Shown here: positions 51,654 to 61,487 of the stretch, one piece after another
Layout of the letters: each line of letters opens with the position of its first letter
Position numbering within the stretch: position 1 is the first letter of the stretch
Source: Sulfurimonas sp.
Lineage (GTDB): Bacteria > Campylobacterota > Campylobacteria > Campylobacterales > Sulfurimonadaceae
Direction of reading: 5' to 3'
Length of the DNA stretch: 64,000 bases
NCBI GenBank assembly: GCA_034005845.1
Contig: JAVETX010000002.1
Location: forward strand, 2,342-66,341
Translations under genes and position numbers: made by a program
The notes under the pieces: generated by a model
The model's database searches: none
Seen by the model: only the letters and a program-made list of their open reading frames with translations
Told to the model about the DNA's origin: nothing

Positions 51654-53060
51654 TTAAAATTCTCCGTTTGCTAGTTTTTCAAGTGCGAAAATTCTTTCGT
51701 TTCTTTTGTTTTTGACCATTTGTAGTTCGAGTATCTTCTCTATTTGCTCTGATTGTTTGATGATCACATCACTCATAGAAGAGAGTTGCTCTTTGTAACG
51801 GCTCTCGTAGTTCTCATAGATCTCATTTGCCAAAAGAAGCTCTTTTTCCAAAGAGGCGATCTCTGCATCAAAGGTCTTGATCTCTGTTTGGATCTCATCG
51901 ACTTTGAGCGCGATCCCTTTTTTTGCAAGCTCTATTTGCGTTCTAGTTTTCAAACGCTCGATCTTGGATTTTTCAATTGCCGCACTATCGCTTCCCCCAT
52001 GAAAAAGGTTCCATGAGAGTCTCGCACCGATCGTATAAGATTTATGCTCATCTGCATCTCCCATAAAGGTATCATCTGCAGTTGCAACTTCTGCAAAAGC
52101 ACCGAGTGTTGGGTAGTAAGAAGCTTGCGCAGCACTAAGCATATTCTCACGTATCTCAAGCCCTGTCTTTGCTCTTTTGATATCGATATTCTTGTTCAAA
52201 ACATCTTGCACATCGATCTGTGGCATCGCTACATACAAAGAGGGAGCGACAATATTTTCTACTTTTGTATTAAGTAAAAAACTTATATAGTGGTACAAAA
52301 GCTCTTGGTTGGACTCCATCTGCATGATAAAGCGTTGCACATTTCCCTTTTTTGCTTGCACTTCAAGCAGATCAACGTTCTTTGCGTAGCCAACATCGAT
52401 CATCTCTTTGGTGATATCTTCGAGGGTTTTGATATTTGTGAGGATGGTGTTGAGGTTGCTCACCGCTTCTTTTAAAAGAGCCATATCGTAAAAACTTTTG
52501 CGTAGTTGATACACTTGTTCGCTTATGAGTTGCTCTTTTTCTAAGCCCTTCATCTTTGTCATAGCATCCATGATCGAGACATAACTACTAATGGCGAAAC
52601 CTGTAAATAAAGGGAGTTCGTATTTGAGTTTGGCTTGGAAGAAGTTTCTGTAGCCTGGGTAGTTGAGGTCGTTTGGCTGTGATGCAAGAAGTGCCTGCCC
52701 AACACTTGGATCATTTGGGTTTGCTAAGAGATTGGGCATTTGTGTTAAGAAGTCGCTAAACCCAAAATCACCAAAAGCCGCTTCACGCCCTGCGAGTTTA
52801 AAACCAAACACATTTCCCGCATCATTGGAACGCGCAAAGTCTTGGATAAAGTCAAGTTTTCCCAAGTGCATCCCAAAAGCACCATCGGCATCCTCTTTGG
52901 ATATTGCAAGATCGTAGTTGCTATTTTGTATCTCTAGGTTGTTTGCTTTGAGCAAATCGAGTGCTTCATCGAGCGTCAAGGCTTTAGAGAGTGTGATATC
53001 ATAGGCACTCAAATAAAGTGTGGCACCACATAAAAGAGAGAGTATTCTTTTCATCTGCAT
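51654..53060 (-). CDS. TolC-family outer-membrane protein
   Basis: Signal peptide, LPLFTGF, YYPTLGA, SWNLFHGG; first gene of the MFP-RND operon. Confidence 0.9.
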   Translation of the reverse strand: MQMKRILSLLCGATLYLSAYDITLSKALTLDEALDLLKANNLEIQNSNYDLAISKEDADGAFGMHLGKLDFIQDFARSNDAGNVFGFKLAGREAAFGDFGFSDFLTQMPNLLANPNDPSVGQALLASQPNDLNYPGYRNFFQAKLKYELPLFTGFAISSYVSIMDAMTKMKGLEKEQLISEQVYQLRKSFYDMALLKEAVSNLNTILTNIKTLEDITKEMIDVGYAKNVDLLEVQAKKGNVQRFIMQMESNQELLYHYISFLLNTKVENIVAPSLYVAMPQIDVQDVLNKNIDIKRAKTGLEIRENMLSAAQASYYPTLGAFAEVATADDTFMGDADEHKSYTIGARLSWNLFHGGSDSAAIEKSKIERLKTRTQIELAKKGIALKVDEIQTEIKTFDAEIASLEKELLLANEIYENYESRYKEQLSSMSDVIIKQSEQIEKILELQMVKNKRNERIFALEKLANGEF

Positions 53061-53249
53061 TCACTCCAAAATTGGTAATAATTTTAAGATAGAATTATAA
53101 CATCTATTTTATATTAGTATAATTAAAGCATATAATATAGCGTTAAATATTAATTTTTCTCTAAAATCTTTTATAAGAAATTTCTATAATACCTCTTTAA
53201 GAATATGTGATTAAAATTCCCTCACAATATTATTTAAAAAGAAGCGTTC

Positions 53250-53693
53250 ATGGCTTATAACTGCCCCTTAACATTTCAAAAAGTAGAATCTCATATCTCT
53301 CGCTTGAGTTCTTTTTTGGTGAGCTCACTTATTATTGCATATCTTATTACATCCAATGTATATATTTTATATTTTTTATTGATAGATTTTTTGATTCGAC
53401 TTTACATGGATAAATCCTACTCACTGATCTTTCTTTTTGCAAAAGCGATCAAAAATATATTAGCCCTCAAAGATAGTTTTTGTGATGGGGGAGCAAAGCG
53501 ACTCGCTGCTTATTTTGGTCTGCTTTTTGTTTTTTTATTAATAGCGACACACTACCTTGATCAATGGCTTGTATCTCTCGCTATAGCGGCCATCTTTTTA
53601 GTTTGTTCCTTGCTTGATGTGCTTTTTGATTTTTGCATCGGATGTAAGGTGTATTATCTTATCAAAAGAGTTTTTCCAAACTTTATGAGTTAA
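53250..53693 (+). CDS. DUF4395-like membrane protein
   Basis: NCPL...SRL, AKRLAAYFG, LFDFCIGCKVY. Confidence 0.75.
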   Translation: MAYNCPLTFQKVESHISRLSSFLVSSLIIAYLITSNVYILYFLLIDFLIRLYMDKSYSLIFLFAKAIKNILALKDSFCDGGAKRLAAYFGLLFVFLLIATHYLDQWLVSLAIAAIFLVCSLLDVLFDFCIGCKVYYLIKRVFPNFMS

Positions 53694-53751
53694 ATCTAAT
53701 TAATATTAATTCGATATAATTCCCAATAATTCTAAACTATTAGGAATTCTA

Positions 53752-55281
53752 TTGTCCAGAAATAATAATTTCTCCATCAATTTAATCCCCTCAAATGTTG
53801 TCCTCTACACACCTACGCAAGAGGGTGACTTTATTATTGATGCTTTTAATAGACGCGCACAAATCACCGAAAAGATCTCCACGCAAGATGTTGTTGGCAA
53901 GAAGCTGACCCAAGTGTTCCCAAATGTAGAGGAGATGGGTCTTTTAGATCTTTTAAGACGAGTCAATTACACGGGTATCACAGAAGTGCTCGAAAATGCT
54001 TACTACAAAGATGAAAGAGTTGCAGGGTGGCGCAAATGTAAGGTGTATAAGCTTGACGATGGCAGGCTTATGAATATCTATGAAAACACCTCAGATCAAA
54101 AGAGCTCTTTTCAAGTGGGTAAAACGAAGCGTGACTCTTATCTCAAAGACAGAAAACGTGATGATAAACAAGTTCTTTTGACACTCTTTGACAAAGGCTC
54201 TTCGGTGCTCTTTAAGTGGAATAATGATGCAAACTGGAATGCTTTGTATGTCTCAAAAAGTGTTGAGGGGCTTTTGGGCTATACACGGGATGATTTTTTA
54301 AAGAACCATGTCTCTTTTGTTTCGTGCGTGCATAAAGATGATCTTGAGAGGGTAGCAAAAGAGGTGCATGACGCTATTGCTACAAACAAAGACTATTTTG
54401 AGCATCAACCCTATAGGCTTTATACAAAGTCAGGTGATGTCAAATGGGTTTATGATAGTACAGTGATCTTGCGTGATGATGAGGGAAGGGCTACGAGTTT
54501 TGTAGGTTATACGATCGATATTACAGATATCAAGAAAAAAGAGCAACAGCTTTTATTGCACGTCAAACAAGCCCAAATGGGGGAGATGATCAGTATGATC
54601 GCCCATCAGTGGAGACAGCCTCTTGCTACCATCTCAGTACGCGCTGCAAATATTAAGATGAATCTTTTATTCAAAAATTATGATCTGAGTGATGCCAAAA
54701 GGGCAGAGGAGTTCGTGGAATATCTCGATGATTCACTCTCTGAGATAGAGCATCTCACACAAGTGCTCTCACAAACAGTAGATGATTTTAGAACCTTTTA
54801 TATGCCTGATAAAAGCCCTATAAAACAAAGTGTGGATATCCCAATAACAAAAGCTTTAGAGATTATTCAAAGCTCTTTAAAATCAAATGATGTAGAGGTC
54901 TTGCACAATTATAAAAGCAAGAAGAAAATCGAGCTTTTTGATACGGAGATGATGCAGGTCATCGTCAATATTTTGAAAAATTCTGAAGATAATTTTATTG
55001 AAAAACAGATCGAAAAGAGAAGAATCAATATCAATACATACGATACGACAGATGGAGTGATGATAGAGATATTAGATAATGGAAGTGGGATCGAAGAGAG
55101 TATGCTCGATAGAATCTATGAGCCTTATTTTTCCACCAAAAGTGAAAAAAATGGGACGGGGCTTGGTTTATATATGTCCAAGATGATCATAGAAGAGCAT
55201 CATAAAGGAACTATTGAGGTGAAGAATTTTCATGAGGGTGCATGCTTTAAAATTACCCTCAAAGATACGCTTCAAACCTAA
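53752..55281 (+). CDS. Cytoplasmic PAS-PAS sensor histidine kinase
   Basis: PAS (VHKDD, KWVYD), H-box MIAHQWRQP, NILKNS, DNGSGI, FSTK, GTGLGL; no TM seen. Confidence 0.93.
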   Translation: MSRNNNFSINLIPSNVVLYTPTQEGDFIIDAFNRRAQITEKISTQDVVGKKLTQVFPNVEEMGLLDLLRRVNYTGITEVLENAYYKDERVAGWRKCKVYKLDDGRLMNIYENTSDQKSSFQVGKTKRDSYLKDRKRDDKQVLLTLFDKGSSVLFKWNNDANWNALYVSKSVEGLLGYTRDDFLKNHVSFVSCVHKDDLERVAKEVHDAIATNKDYFEHQPYRLYTKSGDVKWVYDSTVILRDDEGRATSFVGYTIDITDIKKKEQQLLLHVKQAQMGEMISMIAHQWRQPLATISVRAANIKMNLLFKNYDLSDAKRAEEFVEYLDDSLSEIEHLTQVLSQTVDDFRTFYMPDKSPIKQSVDIPITKALEIIQSSLKSNDVEVLHNYKSKKKIELFDTEMMQVIVNILKNSEDNFIEKQIEKRRININTYDTTDGVMIEILDNGSGIEESMLDRIYEPYFSTKSEKNGTGLGLYMSKMIIEEHHKGTIEVKNFHEGACFKITLKDTLQT

Positions 55282-55335
55282 AGTATACTTTTGCTAAAAT
55301 ACGACAAAAGAGAATAAAAAGGGTTTGTCATAGAT

Positions 55336-55656
55336 ATGCAAATGGTGGTAGATTCCCTTCGCAAGAGGGGGAAGATTTATAAAAAGATGCAAGAGATCCC
55401 TCCTAAAGACTTAGGGATTCGCAATAAGATAAAGATCTATAAAGCAACGGATGTACACGGATATTTTTGGGCGATCTTTGCGGTGAGCCAAAAGAGCAGA
55501 CTTCTTATGAAAGATGTGCATAAATTTGAAGAGATCTATGGCAAACTCACACTTTTTTTCGATCATAACTTTAAAAATAAGGTGATCTTTATCGATGCTC
55601 CCCTTTGTTCTAAAGCCAAAGATGCTTTTGTAAAAGCGGGATGGAAGATACTCTAA
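55336..55656 (+). CDS. Hypothetical protein coupled to coaX
   Basis: 106-aa ORF whose TAA overlaps the coaX ATG. Confidence 0.75.
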   Translation: MQMVVDSLRKRGKIYKKMQEIPPKDLGIRNKIKIYKATDVHGYFWAIFAVSQKSRLLMKDVHKFEEIYGKLTLFFDHNFKNKVIFIDAPLCSKAKDAFVKAGWKIL

Positions 55657-56273
55657 TGCTCTTGTGTGATATTGGCAACACCTCTTTTCATTTTTATGAT
55701 GGGCAAGATTATTACAAAAAGAGTGTCAAAGAGTTTGATCCTCAAACACTTCCAGAGGAGGTGTTTTATATCTGCGTCAATCCTCAGATCAAAACTCTTC
55801 TCAAACCACTCTCAAACTGGAGAGATCTCTCAGCGTTTATCGACTATACAAACTACTATCCAAGCATGGGGATCGATAGGATCATCGCGTGTGAATCGAT
55901 AGAAGATGGAATTATCATTGATGCGGGGAGTGCGATCACTGTAGATATCGTCAAAGAGGGCGTTTTTGGTGGTGGCTATATCTATCCAGGGACACAGGCG
56001 ATGCAAAAATGCTATCAAAATATCTCAAGTGCGCTGGAGTACTCATTTAATTACGAGCTAGATTTGGATATAATGCCAAAAAATTCCCAAGATGCTATCA
56101 CGTATGGATTTCTCAAACCCCTGCAAAGTGAAGTGAGATCGCATCAAATGGATCTCTATCTTACAGGTGGAGATGCAAAGAAGATAGCAAAAATATTTCC
56201 AGATGCACATATCGATGAAGCATTACTATTTCATGGGATGAAAAAGATAATACAAAGGGCAAATCTATGCTGA
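55656..56273 (+). CDS. coaX: Type III pantothenate kinase
   Basis: LLCDIGNT, MGIDR, IIDAGSAITVD, LTGGD. Start moved from 55641 to 55656. Confidence 0.93.
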   Translation: MLLCDIGNTSFHFYDGQDYYKKSVKEFDPQTLPEEVFYICVNPQIKTLLKPLSNWRDLSAFIDYTNYYPSMGIDRIIACESIEDGIIIDAGSAITVDIVKEGVFGGGYIYPGTQAMQKCYQNISSALEYSFNYELDLDIMPKNSQDAITYGFLKPLQSEVRSHQMDLYLTGGDAKKIAKIFPDAHIDEALLFHGMKKIIQRANLC

Positions 56274-56893
56274 CAGTAGCACTTCCAAAAGGGCGTATTG
56301 CGCAAGAGACACTAGAGATTTTTGAGACAATTTTTGGAGATAGTTTCAAGTTTGATGATAGAAAATTGATCTTAGAGACTCCAAAATTTCGTTTTTTACT
56401 TGTGAGAAACCAAGATGTAGCGACCTATGTGTACCATCAAGCTGCAGATATCGGAGTGGTAGGTCTTGATACGCTTGAAGAGCAAGGTTTGGATGTTATC
56501 CGCTTGCTTGATCTTCGTCGTGGAGTGTGTAAAGTAGCTATTGGGATGCGCAAGGGTGAAAAGCTCGATCTCAACAAACCTGAGCTCAAAGTTGCTTCTA
56601 AGATGGTCAATATCACCAAGCGCTATTTTGAAGAGCGTGCTGTATCTGTAGATATTATCAAGCTTTATGGCTCTATTGAACTCGCACCACTTATTGGGCT
56701 TGCTGACATGATCGTAGATATTGTAGAAACTGGTACGACGATGAAGCAAAACGGCTTAGAGGTGGTTGAGGATATTATGGAGTCTTCTACCTATCTTATC
56801 GCTAATAAAAACTCTTATATCTCTAAAAAAGATGAGGTACTTGATATCTATGAGAGAATCAATGCTGTGATCAAAGCGGAGCAAAACAGATAA
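56267..56893 (+). CDS. hisG: ATP phosphoribosyltransferase (short form)
   Basis: VALPKGRI, DIGVVGLD, VASK, KLYGSIELAP, IVDIVETGTTMKQNGL; 208 aa. Confidence 0.97.
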   Translation: MLTVALPKGRIAQETLEIFETIFGDSFKFDDRKLILETPKFRFLLVRNQDVATYVYHQAADIGVVGLDTLEEQGLDVIRLLDLRRGVCKVAIGMRKGEKLDLNKPELKVASKMVNITKRYFEERAVSVDIIKLYGSIELAPLIGLADMIVDIVETGTTMKQNGLEVVEDIMESSTYLIANKNSYISKKDEVLDIYERINAVIKAEQNR

Positions 56894-57615
56894 TGACAAA
56901 CCTTGATCTTTACGCAAAAGCGGAGCATCTCTTAGGAATAGAAGAAGCGACAGAAGCACTCTATGATCTTTACCGCTCAGAACTCGATGACTATAAGGTC
57001 AAAACCCTTTTAGATGTTGGGTGTGGACGCGGTGGATTTATGCGCCGTATGATCAGCGATGGTGTGGCGTGCAAAGGGATCGATAAAAGTGCTGTGATGG
57101 TTGCAGAGTGCAAAGCCCTTGGTCTGGATGCTTCGGATGTAGAGATAAGCGAGGTTGAGGGAAAATTCGATGCGATCGTGAGTATCTTTGATGTGCTTAA
57201 CTTTATGCCCAAAGAGGAGCTTTTAAACTTTTTAGAAGCGGTCTCTTCTAAACTTGAAGAGGATGGTGTCTTTATAGCCGATATCAACACACGTTATGGT
57301 TTTAGCGATGTGGCTGAGGGAACGATGAGCAACGACACCGATAAAGAGTTCTTGAGTGTCGATGCTGTTTTTGAAAATGATCAACTGCATACAAAATTTA
57401 CCCTTTTTGAAAAAGAGGAAGATGGCAGATACACCAAATATCAAGATACGATCGTGCAGTATTTTCATAAGATGGTACTTTTTCAAAAGATACCCTCACT
57501 CAAGCTTGTAGACAAACAAACTTTTTCCTTGTATGATACAGAAGATAAAACACTTCTTATCTTTAAGAAAAAAGGTGCGACTCATGGAAAATCTGACAAA
57601 GTGTCCTCTGTGTGA
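56893..57615 (+). CDS. Class I SAM-dependent methyltransferase
   Basis: LLDVGCGRG, GIDKS, FDVLNF, FIADINT. Confidence 0.88.
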   Translation: MTNLDLYAKAEHLLGIEEATEALYDLYRSELDDYKVKTLLDVGCGRGGFMRRMISDGVACKGIDKSAVMVAECKALGLDASDVEISEVEGKFDAIVSIFDVLNFMPKEELLNFLEAVSSKLEEDGVFIADINTRYGFSDVAEGTMSNDTDKEFLSVDAVFENDQLHTKFTLFEKEEDGRYTKYQDTIVQYFHKMVLFQKIPSLKLVDKQTFSLYDTEDKTLLIFKKKGATHGKSDKVSSV

Positions 57616-58213
57616 AAGTGAAGCGGAGTTTTTTTACCAACATAAATATCTTCGTTGCCCAGAGTGCGACTCTCTCTTTAAACATCCCAAGCTTCTCCCA
57701 AGTCTAGAGGAGGAGAAAAAGCGCTACACACTTCACAACAATGACGTACAAGACCCCAAATACCAACATTTTGTCTCCCCTCTCACCGATGCTATCTTTG
57801 ATGATTTTACCCCTACGAGTCTTGGCTTAGACTTTGGATGTGGGAATGGACCCGTGATCTCTAAAGTACTGAGCGATCAAGGTTTTGAGATACTTCAATA
57901 TGACCCACTTTTTTGTAATAACAAAGAGGTGTTAGAGAAAAAATATGATTATATTGTTTGTTGTGAAGTGATCGAGCATTTTCACAAGCCAAACAAAGAG
58001 TTCGCACTTTTGCGCTCCCTTTTAAAAGAGGGTGGTAAGCTTTATTGCAAAACACACCCCTTTGATGAGAGTATCGATTTTGAGACATGGTATTATAAAG
58101 AAGATGAGACCCATGTCTTTTTTTACCAAGCAAAAACGCTTCAATGGATCAAAGAGAAGTTTGGCTTTGTAGATGTGATGCTTGATGGTCGCATCATCAC
58201 CTTTATAGCTTAG
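57584..58213 (+). CDS. Class I SAM methyltransferase with N-terminal zinc ribbon
   Basis: CPLC...CPEC, GLDFGCGNGP, CEVIEHF, WYYKEDETHVFFY. Confidence 0.88.
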   Translation: MENLTKCPLCESEAEFFYQHKYLRCPECDSLFKHPKLLPSLEEEKKRYTLHNNDVQDPKYQHFVSPLTDAIFDDFTPTSLGLDFGCGNGPVISKVLSDQGFEILQYDPLFCNNKEVLEKKYDYIVCCEVIEHFHKPNKEFALLRSLLKEGGKLYCKTHPFDESIDFETWYYKEDETHVFFYQAKTLQWIKEKFGFVDVMLDGRIITFIA

Positions 58214-59334
58214 ATTTGCTCTGCATAGAGTGTGATCTCAGTGATCTCACTACTCGCGCCTAAGCGCATTGGTGGTCCCCAAAATCCTGTCCCTTTATTG
58301 ACATAGATCTGCATATCTTTTGTGTGTTGATACAGACCACTTATATAGGGCTGTTGGAGTTTGACGAGTGCACGAAATGGGTAAAGTTGCCCTCCATGTG
58401 TATGTCCACTGAGCATAAGATCGATGGAGTGTGGTACCTCATGGATGTAGCGTGGTTGGTGTGCTAGAAGGATCGTAGGAGATGCTTTGATCCCCTCAAT
58501 CGCTTTGTGGATATCTGGGATGTAGCTTTGGGTGCGATAGCCTATCACATCATACACACCGACAAGATTAAATCCACTTTCTAGCTCTCCAATATAGATA
58601 TTTTCATTTTCTAAAACGCGAATATCAAGCTTGTTGAGTGTATCAATAATTGCAGCGACGCCGTGAAAATACTCATGGTTGCCCACGACAAAAAAAGTGC
58701 CGTAGGTGGAGCGAAGTTTTTGCAGTTCGCTGAGTGCTTCGTGTGCGTATTTGAGCTCTATATCAACAAGATCTCCTGTGATAACGACAAGATCAGGCTC
58801 TCTTTGATTTACGCGCTCTACAATCTCGCGGATAAAAGCAGCATCGATGAGCCCACCAATATGGATATCACTAAGCTGGATGATCTTGTACTCTTTTTTG
58901 AGACCTTTGAGTTTGATACCAACTCTCTCGAGCTCCACATGGCGTGCATTATAAAGGGCTGTACCACTCAGGGCTGTGGCTGCAACGAGTGAAGAGAGAT
59001 CAAGCGATCTTTTAAAAAAGCGGCGACGATTAGGCGAGAGTGGGGTGAATCTAAGCATTAGGCGCGAGAGATCATAGATGAGGGTCGTACAAAAGAGTAA
59101 GAACAAAATACCAATAGGCACAGAGAGCAAAAAATACAGAGTATTATCCAAGCTAGGATAGTAGCGCGCGAGCATATACCCTATGATTCCAAGATAATTG
59201 ATCACTAAGAACCAACGAAAGGCTTTTTTGTATGATTCATTAATATCAAGATGGGCGATGAGCCTGCGGGATATGTACATATTGAGAAGGTAAAAGACGC
59301 CTAAAAAGGCTGCTGCAAAGAGTGTTATTTTCAT
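58210..59334 (-). CDS. Membrane-anchored metallophosphoesterase (YkuE-like)
   Basis: Three TMs; LSDIH, TGDLVD, GNHE, LLAHQP, SGHTHGGQ, GPPMRLG. Confidence 0.92.
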   Translation of the reverse strand: MKITLFAAAFLGVFYLLNMYISRRLIAHLDINESYKKAFRWFLVINYLGIIGYMLARYYPSLDNTLYFLLSVPIGILFLLFCTTLIYDLSRLMLRFTPLSPNRRRFFKRSLDLSSLVAATALSGTALYNARHVELERVGIKLKGLKKEYKIIQLSDIHIGGLIDAAFIREIVERVNQREPDLVVITGDLVDIELKYAHEALSELQKLRSTYGTFFVVGNHEYFHGVAAIIDTLNKLDIRVLENENIYIGELESGFNLVGVYDVIGYRTQSYIPDIHKAIEGIKASPTILLAHQPRYIHEVPHSIDLMLSGHTHGGQLYPFRALVKLQQPYISGLYQHTKDMQIYVNKGTGFWGPPMRLGASSEITEITLYAEQI

Positions 59335-59350
59335 GGCGCTATTGTAACAT

Positions 59351-61360
59351 CTATTTTACAACATCCAGAGTGATGTTTGGTTGCCCAAAATAATACCCTT
59401 GCACAAAATCGATACCGATCTCTTTGACCTTTTCATAGATCTCATCAGAGCTGACAAACTCAGCGACCACCATGATATTTTTACGTTTGGCAAAAGAGAC
59501 GATGGTGCGGACAATATCTTCAGAATCGATATTGGTGTCGATATTTTTGATAAGGGAGTCATCGATTTTAATGATGTCTGCTTCTAGGCGCAAAAGATAT
59601 TCAAAGTTTGAATAGCCTGTTCCAAAATCATCGATCGATATCTTGGCACCTAGTTTTTTTGCTTGGAGTAAAAACTCATTGACAATAGGAATATTGTGTA
59701 GCTCTTCAGACTCGACGATCTCAAAAATAGTGCGTGCTGCGATAGTGTGATCTTGGAGCATCTCATAGCAGTAATTGCGCACTTGATCCGATTCGATATC
59801 TTGGGATGTAAGGTTGATCGAGAAACTATACTCAGAGTTTTTGATCTGCTCAAAGACTTTTTGGATCATAGCCAAAGAGAGATCGATATAGAGGTTAGAG
59901 CGTTTTGCAATATCTAAAAAGAAAAAAGGTGAAGCATAATTCTCTTTGTCTTGGAGTCGCATTAGGGCTTCGTATTTTACAAGCTCTTGGGTTTGTGTAT
60001 CAAATATTGGTTGGTAAAAAGGGATAACACCTTTGTTTTTGATAGCATCTTGAATCTTGATCGTCCAGTCGATATTGTCTTGGTATTGTTTGGTATTTGC
60101 TTCAGAGTACTCATAGATACGAAACTTGTCTCGATGTGCTTTTGCTTGGTGCATCGCCATAGAACATGAGGTGATAAGGTCCTCTTTTTTCTCTTGAGAG
60201 AGAGCTACTGTGATATTGATGGGGATCTCTTTGTCATCTACGAGCACTTTATTTGCGTTGACAAAAGCTTGTACCTCTTGCATAAAGATGATAAAGTTTT
60301 TAAAAGGGACACTGTAGTTAAGGATCGCAAACTCATCGACGTGGATATGATAGAGCTCAAACTGAGTGTTATTCAAGAGGATACGCATAGTGCTTGAGAG
60401 CTTTTTAATCACTTCATCCCCTCTTGCATAGCCATAGAGATTGTTGAGATTATTAAAGCGATTGATATTGATAAGAGCTATAGAGCCACTCTCTATCTCT
60501 TGGAGCTTTTTATTGAGTGCAGAGATATTTTTTGTACCCGTAATATTTGAGGTGTAAGAGAGTTCATGGAGTCTGTTTTGTTGCTGTATATAGTCAGTCA
60601 TATCATAACGAATCGCAAGATACTCTCGAATATCGCCTAAACTATCTAAGATAGGAACAATGGTGAGATTGACATAGTATGTATACTTATGTTTTGAGAG
60701 GTTTGCTAAGAGACCTTTTCACACTTTTTTTGCCTGTATCGTCTCCCAAAGATCTTTAAAAGTAGATGCAGGAGTGATAGGATTGCGTAGGATACTATGA
60801 GGTTTTCCGATCAGTTCCTCGCGTGAATATCCAGAGATATCAATAAGGTTTTGGTTCACATGGGTGATATTGCCGTGGATGTCGGACTTAGAGATGATAT
60901 AGCTCTCATCAAGAGCTTTTTGGTATTGTGCAATGTCGTTGGAGCGAATCTCTAGCTCTAAAATATTTTTCTCTAGCTCTTTTTCGTAGCTGATTAGGTT
61001 GGTAATATCGGTGATATGCCCATAAAAATAGAGGATCTCTCCTTTGTCATCTCTTTGAATTCTGGTCGTATCTTCTACCCAAAGAGTTTGCCCTGTAGCT
61101 GTGATGACACGATAAGGCTCATGCTCAAAACTCTCTAGTTTGTTCTCGATCGCATGTTGTACCTCTTTGATTACACGAGAGAGATCCTCTGGATGTATGA
61201 TCTTTGCATAGGCGATCTCTTGTGAGAGAAATTGTTCGTGGGTATAGCCAAAGAGTTTTATTGTATTGGTGCTAGCATAACTTACACTCCACGAAGCATC
61301 GTTGCGCCACTTAAAAAAGACAGACGGGGAGTGGTTTAAATAGTGTTCAAAATTATCCAT
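59351..61360 (-). pseudogene. PAS-PAS-GGDEF(degenerate)-EAL phosphodiesterase interrupted by one in-frame TGA at 60721-60719
   Basis: The two track ORFs (61360-60719 and 60601-59351) are in one frame. The 117 nt between them translate without stops and complete the PAS/PAC domain (KKV*KGLLANLSK...NLTIVPILDSLGDIREYLAIRYD). EALMR and DDFGTGYS are intact; GGDEF is replaced by HVDEF. Confidence 0.85.
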
Positions 61361-61463
61361 AAAAGTTTACATCTGATTTTAAATTATATTATTGAGTAAC
61401 ATATGACTGTATAGTATCTGAATAATGTTAAAGGGAAATTTAGAAAGGCTAAGAGAGAGTCAA

Positions 61464-61482
61464 ATGACCCAAAAAGGGTCAT
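61464..61482 (-). terminator. Terminator of the cytochrome c peroxidase gene
   Basis: Minus strand ATGACCC-TTTTT-GGGTCAT followed by TTG, 5 nt after the stop codon. Confidence 0.6.
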
Positions 61483-61487
61483 CTGTT

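Noticed and set aside
53206-53226. TGTGA...TCACA upstream of the DUF4395 gene as a CRP/FNR site
   Set aside because: The spacer is 11 nt rather than 6, in very AT-rich DNA.
1543-57615. Several track start codons (2334, 2319, 9747, 11947, 17417, 26710, 28499, 36402, 55641, 57533)
   Set aside because: They extend into neighbouring genes or promoters; downstream ATGs fit family N-termini and stop/start coupling better.
60719-60721. TGA recoding (genetic code 4 or selenocysteine)
   Set aside because: TGA is a normal stop in thiS, pheS, proS and others; the aligned residue is Trp rather than Cys, and I saw no SECIS-like hairpin.
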